Part shown: positions 12,401-27,925 of the stretch, piece after piece
How the letters are laid out: each line of letters starts with the position of its first letter
How positions within the stretch are numbered: the stretch's first letter is position 1
NCBI GenBank assembly: GCA_030324005.1
Contig: JARDVH010000132.1
Coordinates: 36,260,682 to 36,324,681 of the forward strand
DNA length: 64,000 nucleotides
Source of the DNA: Negaprion brevirostris
Lineage: Eukaryota
Direction of reading: 5' to 3'
Notes under the pieces: model-generated
The model's database searches: none
What the model was told of the DNA's origin: nothing
What the model saw: the letters and a program-made list of their open reading frames with translations, nothing else
Made by a program: the position numbers and the translations under genes

Positions 12401-13307
12401 GTGAAATCTTTACGAGAACTGTCAGAAACGTCCCAACTTTAGCTGCAAAGAACTGATATAAATAGCCGCCTATTAAATTACTTTTAATGATGGCAACAAA
12501 AGAAAACACTTTCCGTGCCCATCGTGAATTGTCAAAATACTGTATTCTCTTACGTTTTAATTTATAAATAAAACCCTGTAATAGACCCCACGGCTTATAC
12601 AAACTGCAGGCACCGCCTGAAGTTTAACAGCAGGTTCAAGCTACTTTTTTTGAACAAAAATAAACGAACAAGGCACACTGTCCGTCTTCCAGAGATCACT
12701 GTTAACCATCTTTTAAAGATTCCGCATCTAATTAATTGACTATGTCCTTATCGTTCAAAGGGAATATATTCAATATTCAGACACTTCTATTGTGCAACTT
12801 TTGCTGCCAAAGATATTTCTACACACATCCACTACAGATGTGTAGAAAAACGAGGTTGTGAAAACATGCAAAATTTGTATTTTAAACATGACGGTGTGTC
12901 CTACAAGTTCAGTTCTATTTGAAAATAATAGTATGGCTTTGTGTTTGATGTCTGTAATAAAATGAGAAAGTATTGTATATGTCCAATATGTATGATCAGC
13001 TCTGTCTTCCTCCACAAGCTTATCTTTGGTTTCATATTATGTTTATCTGAAGTGTGAAAGCTGGATTTATTGAATATAAATTCATTCCTTTCTAAGTTAT
13101 ATTTTTAAAGTAACAGCAGTTGGACATTTATGTCCAAAGACTGTNNNNNNNNNNNNNNNNNNNNNNNNNNNNNNNNNNNNNNNNNNNNNNNNNNNNNNNN
13201 NNNNNNNNNNNNNNNNNNNNNNNNNNNNNNNNNNNNNNNNCCAATACGAACTCACTTTTCGAAACTTTTTTTAGAAATTTTTAAGTATTGGTTTTTGATC
13301 TTTCACA

Positions 13308-13440
13308 TGATGTAGGCATCTCTGGCTACGCCAGCGTTTGTTACCGATCCCTAATTGCCCCTGAGAAAGTAATGGTGAATTGCCTTCTTGAGTCTCTGTA
13401 GTCCATCTAGTGTAGGTACGCTCACGTTGCTGTTAGAAAG
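13308..13440 (-). mobile_element. LINE (L2/CR1 group) 3' end fragment
   Basis: It is the reverse-complement homolog of 41450-41612. Confidence 0.5.
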
Positions 13441-15448
13441 TATTGCAGTGATATATGACTATGAGCTTTATTTTGTCCGCTGACATGTTTGAATGGAAAT
13501 GTTGTTAAAATAATTTCGTGTGCAACTAAAAGGTTTATTACAAATCGATCAATGTAGCATACAAATGTCTGTAGCTCTAGCTTAGTTTATTCCTACTTTT
13601 ACTTTTTCCATCTTAATATCTCAAGCACAGATTAGAACATTTTTCCCAATGCTAAATCATCATTGCTGAATCAAGCAACCCTACTATTACAATAACAGTA
13701 AGTGATTCATATCGTAAAATGAATTGTCCCCTGTGTTACACATAATATAAAGATTTCCTATGAACATTACGTCAGCGAACTTACTCATGAGTTGACTTTT
13801 TAAAAAGCAATCCAACTGGAAAGCCTATACTTCATTTAAATTAAAAGAAAGAGTGGATGCATATAATGTTAATGAATGTCATGAAACATGTTTAGTTCCA
13901 GCATATAATACACGAATTAGTCATCATTACAGGAGAATTGTGATCTTTTTAACACACAATATGATCTATTTTCAAGTTTAACTACAAAATGGCGAGTTAC
14001 ACTTCTGTGAAGTTTAGCATCACTTAGTGTCAAATCCAGCAGTAACCACAGTAAGACATACCAATGAGAATAACGTCATATCGGATGATCCCATGGCATG
14101 ACAGTGATTTTTTTTAAAGCTGGTGCATGTTATCCGGATTTACGAGTTATGTTTCTATTCGTTTTCTTAACAATCTAATGTAAACACTGAAGGGATGTCA
14201 AAAACGGACATACGAAGAAGCATATGGGTAGTGCAAACATGTCTTTTTAAACCTAAAAACTAACTGAAGTGACGTAGTGCTTCAACTGGAATGGAGGTAA
14301 CGTTTAAGTGTACATTTTACCCCAGTTCCAAAAGGGTTAAGAAATAGTAAAACGGCTGGTGTTGCTGATTTCATTCTCATTCCGTTTAACTTTGTAAAAG
14401 CATTACCACACACATGTAGCAAATCCTAATATTACAACCTGCAGAGAAACTATCAACACTTCGAAAAATCGTCAGGAGTATAAAATTGCACATTCTTTGT
14501 GCCATATTTGCGACCTTTGCTCGGTTCACTTCGTAACATAGCATAGAATACAGGTTCTCTGGAAGTTGAATCAAAATGTATAGAACTAAGAATGAGTTCA
14601 AATGGAGCTGCATTTGGTGGCTATCAAACGTGATATGCTCTATTAATGAGCAATNNNNNNNNNNGAGCAATAATGTATTTATTACACAATAGTTATGCCT
14701 GAAACGTTAACTCTGTTTCTCTCTCCACGGATACTGTCAGACCTGCTGAGTATTCCCAGCTTTCCTTGTGTTGTTTGGGATTTTCAGCATTTTACTCGTT
14801 TATTGCGACCAATATGTGCTTTAACGTTAAGTTACACTTTCTCTATGCTGACGTTTAATGTTAAATTACATTTTATCCATGCCTGAGTAAATAGCAAATC
14901 AGCATTATTCTGTAGTCTGTAGAATCAAATTTTTGAATGATGTCCAGAATAGGAGATTTAAAATAATGTGTAAATACCTGAGTAGGATAATCTGCAAATT
15001 GAGCTTAGATATAGAATTTAAAATCATCTGACCTATACTTTAAACAACTTTGCTGTTTAGCACAATATTGCCCGCTTCTCGGGCCTTCATGTCAATGTTT
15101 GCCAAGGGTTCACAGTATGAAACCTGTAAGTGTTTGATCTTGTGGTTTAGAAACGAAATTTTAACATATGCGAATAGAAGCAAGTTTTGGAGTTTCGATT
15201 TGTAGATAATGATTTGAATTCTGGCTTTCATTTTTTTCACATGTCGAATGTTCCACCTAATGAATATGATTTCGAACACGATCCAGACCACTGTGGGTTT
15301 GAGAGTGCAATTACACAAATATAACGTTCGTGCTAACCAGTTTGGCTTTGCACTGACACAACGGATACCATATGGAACCAAGTTGAGGTCCATCCAATGT
15401 TGGGCACTCTGGAATCAGACCACCTTAGCACCCAATGCAGGGTTAGCA

Positions 15449-15600
15449 TCATAGAATAGTTTTAGCACAGTGGAGGTCATTCCGTCCGTCCTGTCCATGT
15501 CGGCTCTCTGCGGGAATCCCATTCTCCCGCCGTTACCCATAGCCCTGCACATTTTTTTTCTCTTCAGATAACTATCCAATTTCATTTGAAGGCCTCGAAT
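15449..15600 (-). mobile_element. CR1-type tail fragment
   Basis: catagaat...ggaggtcattccgtcc...ccatagccctgc resembles the SINE/LINE shared tail seen elsewhere in this window. Confidence 0.45.
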
Positions 15601-15889
15601 GATAGCACGGCGCCAAGCCAAAAACGACAAGCAGCAATATCATATTTTGTAAATGTAAGAATTTAGTCATCATCCACGGTTCCATTAAGTTTCTAAACTA
15701 CAGCGGTTAAGGTTTACCATGACAGGAAATCCCAAACTATTCGCTTAAAAACACGTATTGGGTTTGCTAATATGTTTTTTTAAAAAATGTTGGGATCTTT
15801 ACATTGGCTTTAATGTCTTCTTTGATGGCTACATTGAAATTGAAGAGGGAAGATTAAAGGACAAAGGCGTGTTTTTTATCTTTCTTTCC

Positions 15890-16500
15890 CGCCCGGGAAG
15901 AGAATTTTAACATGCGTACGCTCGCAATCAATAGTCATTTAACGTTCTTTTTGTAAAACGTGGGCGTTTTCTTTTGGAGAACAATCCAGAGAGCGCTGGT
16001 GGGTTTTGGTGTGGATTGTGGTGGTAACACAGGCCGGGACATGTGCTCTGCACTGGTTCTGAGGTCTGACCATTGCACTCTGCGGCGGGGAGCCCGGGGG
16101 AGGTGGGGGAGAGCACGCAGGCGCGTTGCAGACTGTCCCGACAGGGTCACGTGGCTGTTGAGCAGCCGCTCGGCGGGCTGCACTGGTGCTGCCTTCCTTT
16201 GTCATTCAGAGAGAGACATGTGGGCAGAGCGCTGGCCGGCCCTGCCTGCCTGCTCATACACTAGGTGCACAACCCCATCCAGCTGGCCCGCATAACCGTG
16301 CCAAGATAATGCAAAAGACAATGTGAAGACACACCTTCAGAAGATGCGGGCAGATTATCAGTGCTGCCATTCAAATCCCCTCTGCGAGCCCACAGTTACA
16401 GAATCAATGTTCATTCTCATTCCCCTCACCCCCATGGCTGCGATTTAAATTTAAACCCCTTTCTGCTGTCAAACGCGACCCCACCCACCCCCAGCCCCCA
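15890..16500. promoter_or_regulatory. Intergenic GC/CpG-rich island between BMI1 and SPAG6; candidate conserved non-coding element
   Basis: GC and CpG content rise sharply against AT-rich flanks. An E-box (GTCACGTGG) lies at 16146-16154. No credible protein is encoded. Confidence 0.55.
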
Positions 16501-18299
16501 CCCAAAAAATGTCAAGGTGAGAAATTAAAATTAAACTGCTATTTCTTTCCCCCTTAATGTTCCCAAGACGTGGCGCGTTACTAATAACTGTTCACTCCGC
16601 CCTTGTACTAGTTGCAAAAAAGAAACTGGTTGTTTGTGAGAAAAGGAAATCCGCTCGTTGAGCAAAGAGCTAAAAAAGATCATGCAGGAGACAAGAACGT
16701 TACCCACCGCTGACAAACAGGAAGCAGTTATCTGATTAAAACATTTACTTAGAATTTTGATGTAAGGTAATGTTTTTGTTTGATGTAAGGTAATGTTTTT
16801 TGTTAACGTCACAATGACACCTAACTGTTATTATGGTATTTTCAATATACAATGAACGCCCCATAAAAACTCTTACTGTCTATACCATAGGGCGCATTTC
16901 CTTAGCCCATATGTATATATAGAGAGACAGAGAGATAGAAATATAATTTACACTGGATTTTCAAATGTAGGAACACCAGTCTGTATTACGTCAAAATAAA
17001 TTAGTTATTTCTATGAAGTAATGGATTACTCAGCGTATATTGCCGCGTTTAAGAATCCTATGCCTTTTGCACGAAGAGAATTTGTTTTGAGCTAAGATTA
17101 CAACATTGAGATGCATTTATATATAGTTTACAAAATTGTAGCTTAAGGTCATGGATTGTTATCAGGAAAGGCAATCACAAGGTTACATTTAATCCAATGC
17201 ATTGATATCGGATGCTTTTGCATTGTTACCTGACGTTACTGTGAGACATAAGCATGTTGGATCCTTAAATACCTGCACAGGCTGCTCCTTTCTGTAGGCC
17301 AGAAAAATAACAAATTGAAAGAACTACATCATCTCCTACAAAACAACCCTGATAACTGTGCATCAGTTAAAACATTTACCAGAAACAATAAAAATAGTGG
17401 AGATCAGTAATAAACTTCGAGTGGATGCTGATACCTAACGTATTCGTCGTTTAGGAAAGCGACGGAAAGATCAGAAATAGAGTATCTGTTTAACTCGGCC
17501 GAATTGTCTTTGTTGATTCTATTGGAACTAGGGAGGCGGCGCCTTCACATCACTGGCGTTCATCTTTCCACCGGCAATTTAAAGCAAAAGCAGAGGATCG
17601 GGATACATTTAGCCCGACTACCCTCTCTCTCCCCAATACCCTCCCTTCCTCTCCCTCTTTGCCCATAAAATTATATGAGAATGAATCCAATGTGTACCAT
17701 GGTGAATTCACAACCACAACATTCACTCGAATTATCTGAAAAGACGGTAAAGGTGGTATGAGAATGTCACACTTGTAGGGTGGTGAGGGAGATCATTTTT
17801 GTGAATTAAAGATTAAGGTACTTAGGTTTTTCCAAGTGGAACGACTTCTCGGATCAGTACTTTAAACGGGCCTTGGAAGCAAGGGGAGGTTCAATTCTGC
17901 TGTTAGTAACTTTCATGGACTCTCCTCAGAATAATCCACGGTTTAAACACACTAATAGCAAGATTTTTTTTCTATGTGTTAGTGGAAAGCTAAACATCTT
18001 ATATTGCAACTGGCCTAATGCCCATGGGCATTTCTCGGTTTGTTTGTACTCACCATCAAAAAAGTATTGTTGATGCGATTGCAGTATAAGCTTCCTAATT
18101 ACCTGCTNNNNNNNNNNNNNNNNNNNNNNNNNNNNNNNNNNNNNNNNNNNNNNNNNNNNNNNNNNNNNNNNNNNNNNNNNNNNNNNNNNNNNNNNNNNNN
18201 NNNNNNNTTTGATGTGCCAGTTTCCAACTGAAAATAGGTTCCTATGAGGCCAAGGAAAATCCCAGCATCAGGAGTCTTACCCACTCTGTGTCAATAATG

Positions 18300-18558
18300 T
18301 GGAGTTGCTGGCATTGGACTGGGGCGGGCACAGTAAGTGGTCTCACAACACCAGGTTAAAGTCCAACAGGTTTATTTGGTAGCGCGAGCTTTCGGAGGAC
18401 ACCAGCAGATACAATCGCAGCATCAATTCTGGGATAAAAGCTCGCTGAAATTTGCTGCCAAAATTGACTCACCTGAGGAAGGAGTAGCATTCTGAAAGCT
18501 CATACTACCAAATAAACCAGTTGGACTTTAACCTGGTATTGTGAGACTACTTACTGTG
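18300..18558. mobile_element. Penelope-like (PLE)-derived fold-back element with 68-bp inverted arms and a flanking direct repeat
   Basis: Arms 18329-18396 and 18491-18558 are near-perfect reverse complements. ctgtgtcaataatg is duplicated at 18286-18299 and 18554-18567. A CTGAGGA...GAAAGCT core lies at 18473-18500. Confidence 0.75.
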
Positions 18559-21489
18559 TCAATAATGGCCTCAGTTGAGGCTAGGTGATCCATCCTCAAA
18601 CAAGGTTACAATTATATCCACCAGGTTAATTAATTTCTGTGTGTTTTGGATACTCCAGACCAAATTTCATATGACAAGTGACAAGTGTAAGTGATGCGCA
18701 TTACTGGTAAGTATCAGCAAGTAAATCTTTAGACTGATGTGATGATCTAGTTATGCTGGCCCACAGTCCCATAACAGCTATCTCCAGGTCTGTTATTTCA
18801 GTCCTGTTTTGTTCTGTTTACTCCCTGACGTATTTGTCATGGTTTGCTTTGGTGGTTGGAAGAGTCCAATGCAACACAACCCAGTGGGGCAGCATCATGA
18901 GCTGTGCCTACTCTAGTCTAGCTCCTGCCCCCATGCTCTCTCTCTACATGTTTGCATCTATTCCAAGTAATGTGCACAATTTTGGCTTACATAGAAGTCA
19001 TGCTGGAAGTTTGAAGATCCTGTGGATAAATGGGAACCAAGTGATTATCTGTGTGTAATTAAATAGACAGACATCATGCAGATTGTTTGGGTGATAAGCT
19101 TGCTGTGTTGGAAGTCTTTTCCAAATATTCAAGCAACAGCAGTTCAGTGGAAACTTCAACCAATTTTAAATAAACAGACCATGTCTCCATTGAAATAATA
19201 AAGGAATATTCTATGCACCTATTCCAATATTCCAAACAATTAATTTATTTCTTTTGCAGTTTCTCAGTGCATCTGAGAAATAAGGCTTCACTTTTCATTT
19301 ATGGATGGCAAAAACTTACCAAAAAATGACAATGTTGTTTCTGGTCAGGAAAAAAGAGCATATTTCTCTCCAGAGAAACAGATTGGTTTTTCTCTCCAGA
19401 TCTTACGACACTGCCAAAAAAAAATCAAAGGGGTGTATTTCATGCGTGTATAAAGTTAAAGGAAATTATTTTCTTAGACTATTATGAATTGCGATAATTT
19501 ATGGAAGACAAATAAGTAAAGTTTCTTATTTCACTCTTTTCACAGGAAAAATGCCAACCACCAACAACTACATTAATTTGGTTCCTACAAAAAGTTTTCC
19601 TGTCTAAGTAAAAGCCAGAGGAATGGTCGGCCTTAGTAGAGATCTGCTGTTCCAGGGGTAGGCTGATTTTTTTTTTGCCCCTTTGTGCAAGTGAAGTTGT
19701 CTTTGAAAAATACTAAATGCATATTCAGTGAAATACTGGGAATAAAATTATCCACAGTACTTACATAGCAAATCAAAGTAAATGTTACATAAACCTGTTA
19801 AAATAATCAAAGTACAAAACCAAGAATATTTACTGTTATTGCATTCATATTAATATAAAAAGACAACATGATACTAGCTTATTCACATGATTGCCCTGTT
19901 ACACGTATTTCCAGCTGTTTTCAATTGTGGATGTCAAGGGCAACGAAAATAATTCGATTACCAGTGATTAGGGAGCTTTAATTGGGTGTTACATGGCGTT
20001 CTCTGGTGTTTAAGATGTGAAAATGAAGGAAAATCGAAAAAGATTATTTTTTTGAAACATCTTCTTTGTCTACTTGTGCTGTATTTATTGGTGGTAATGC
20101 CACCAGCTAATTCCGGAAACTAGGAAAATATAAATCAGATATAATTGTTCACGTTTACTTCCTTGCAACATTAACTGAACTATCATTAGCTCAGTAGCTT
20201 CATGTGGAACTAGAAGTAATATAAAAGATTGTTTTTATAGGACGAGTCGCAAAGGAAATAGTTAACGAATACGCTTCAAAAACTTTTGATCTTGTTTTTA
20301 CTTGAAACTTAGAATCACAGTTGCAACATTTGAAAAGAAGGCAGAGGGATATGAGTCGCGTTTTAGGTTTCGAAAGCTAATTGAAGATCCATTTCCAGTT
20401 CTGTTGTATTGCAACAATCTGGGGACAGCGGAGTATAAAGAGAACGTATTTTCCTCAAACATGAATACGTGTATGGAACAATGCATTTAACAGGATAGTA
20501 TAGGGAAAACAGGGTTCGCTACAATGCCTTGAAGGACCCGAGGTATATTTCATATTTGGTGCAGTCCAAGCTCTGTGGACTGTCTTAGAAGATTTCTCAT
20601 TTCGAATTGCTCAAGAGCTACTTGTTGACGTGCATCTAAAATCATTAACCATTCTGTAAATGTTACAGTATGATTGCACCTTGAGGGTACTAGATGAATG
20701 TGATCTCATTCGCCCATTGCATTGTCTCCCTCTGATTCCCCATTTTGTAACATTCTATCATAACATCTTACACTTTTATGAAATTCAGGATCACTACTTT
20801 CCTTCTGCAAAACCACATCACCATAGTGACTCACGACGGAAAGGAATTTTGAGTGCAATTTACACCTTCACTAATTTGCACAATAAAGATTATTTAATTT
20901 CATCCGCAATTATGAAACCTGTTCACTAAATGGTAAACATTTTCTTCAACATTGTATTTGACGGTTGTGTCGAATTTACAACATTGCTGATTATTGTTGC
21001 TATTGAAATGCATCTGCAAACTGTAACCATACTTCCAAGAAAGAGCATGTTCGGGAGAAATAGGAAACAAAAAGTGAATACTAAGAGCTTATGCAAAATC
21101 ATTGCTTTTAATCGATCTCACAAGAAAATTAAAGCACGACTTGCATTGTGCTTTTCCTATTTAGGACGCAAAGAACTGTATTGTTCATTTGCTAATTTGT
21201 CTACAATATCAGCGACAGTAAAACTATGCCAACATTCAGACAAAAATACTGTGTTTTCCTACAAACAAAATTTGACCATCGTAGAAGAGAAATTCTTATA
21301 AAGCCCTCTGTAGAGACGGAGTTTGGACCGACCACGATAAAATAAGGCTAGCTTAGACAATCATTGTTCACGAGTAGATAGACATCAGTAGTTAAACGGT
21401 TGATAGATCATAGGCAATCTTATCCCTTTAAAGCATCACTTAAAACAACATGAACTGTTTAATATCCAGTACCTCTAAAGATTAAAACT

Positions 21490-23350
21490 CCAATATTTTT
21501 GGAATCTATTTTCATACACTTTGCATTTACAAATTAATACTTCATCCTCAAGAATGCCATTTGGAGTCAACCTTTGCAGCGTTAAATGTGAACCTACCAA
21601 CATGCTGAGATGTGAATATGAAAACAAATGCTACACCTTTAATTTCCCCAGCATAAGTTAGATTGTATTATTACAACACATCTCTCAATGCTTCATGTTT
21701 ACATATATCATAACAGAAACAAATATAGAAGAGATTTTGCAAGAATATTACACATATAGGTCTGATTTGCCAAATGGCATTGGGCCTGGGGACATTTGAT
21801 GATACTGCATAATAAGTATATCTTCTAATCATGTGTAATCATTCTGATTGAAGTTTTAAATCATCTGAAGCTTATTTCTTACGACCCTAGTGTTAATTAT
21901 TTTGTGTGGTTCAAATGTTGTCAGTTGAGTGTCTGAAATTTAATTTGTATATGTTACAGCTGAAAACAGTAATATTCTTAAACTATTCTGCTCAAGATGG
22001 TTAATCTTTTAGTGGAAGTAACAGCTAGCAAGTATCTGAAATCATCACTGTTTGGAAATTCAAACATCTTTATCGATTATATTCTTAAAGTCATTTAACA
22101 CCACCAGGTTTACTGGCACAGGTTGAACAAATATCAGGTTCAATGTTGACCAAGATTCAATTCATAACAATATCAATGGGAAAACCCCTTTGCATCCCCT
22201 TTAAAAATATCAAGTATATGTAATTCTTTAAATATTAAAATTTAACAAGAGATGGCATGCCTAATTTTAAAAAGTTTGTTAATAGTAATTTGGACTGTTA
22301 AATTTAAGTAAAAACAATGAAATGAACATTTCAAGTAAAAGACATATATAGCATGTACACATTGTTTGGCTATGGTGATATACAAGGCAGAATTTCTCAA
22401 GTTATTTGAATTCACAGGGGCAGTGTATTTTTAATTTATAGCTTATATCTACGCTTCATAGTAATTTATTGGATGTTTGGCTTCTATCCATACAACACCT
22501 TTGAATTTTCTTAAGCATTTCTAAGATCTAGAAACTTAACTGGTCAATGAAATTGAGATGTAAATATTGTTGTTCTATAGGCAATTCAAATACTTCATAC
22601 CCACATAAGGTCTAAAATGATAAATCATTAAAATAATTTTATTTTGGGGTTGATCAATTCAGTATTTTTTGTAATATGTGTACTAATGCTGCAGGTAAGC
22701 ATTTAACAACCATAGATGCCAACATCTATTGTCAATCGGTTTTCACAGTGAAATGGCTAAAAATAATATTTTTCTAATTTTTTATCTTAAATTCCTTCTC
22801 AATTGGTGTCATTGTGTAAAATCACTAGCCTTTTATATTTCATCTGTACAGCCAATATCACAATGCCTACTACTGGTAAATTAAAAGTATGTTGATATAC
22901 AGATATAGTAAACTTCAATTCAATTAAACAGTTGTACAAAATATCTTCCAACGTTTACATCTTTACAATAATTTCCTGCCCAGCTTTCCTTCCTTCATTT
23001 TTTATCTTGTGAGTTTCATCTCCTGCGAAATCATCGAGTCATTAAATCCAACGTTGTTAGCTGTAAATATCCTCAAATCTTTGCAATGCACATTTCAGAG
23101 ATGTAGATCCCTTGCTATTTTGCATTCCCAAATACTGGAAAATTGTCTTGAGGAGCAAAAGATGTTGTCAAANNNNNNNNNNNNNNNNNNNNNNNNNNNN
23201 NNNNNNNNNGAACAAAAATGTACAAGTCACTACAAAATAGTGATGTTAAGGATGCTTGCAATGCGAAGCATTCTCTATATCTATATATTATCACATGGTA
23301 TGAACAGGTCTTCGAATATAGATGTTGCACTGTCTATTTGGTGAATACTG
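21490..23350 (-). other. BMI1: BMI1 3'UTR (distal end approximate)
   Basis: AT-rich, repeat-free sequence after the TGA stop. Minus-strand AATAAA hexamers lie at 22638-22643 and 22465-22470, with a more distal one at 20084-20089. The true cleavage site cannot be determined from sequence alone. Confidence 0.5.

Positions 23351-27925
<4,575 letters not shown>

Noticed and set aside
15928-16295. Five overlapping ORFs in the intergenic island
   Set aside because: This is expected stop-codon scarcity in GC-rich DNA. There is no recognisable protein or exon structure.
16759-16804. Short tandem duplication tgatgtaaggtaatgtttttgtt x2
   Set aside because: An ordinary slippage repeat with only two copies and no spacer structure.
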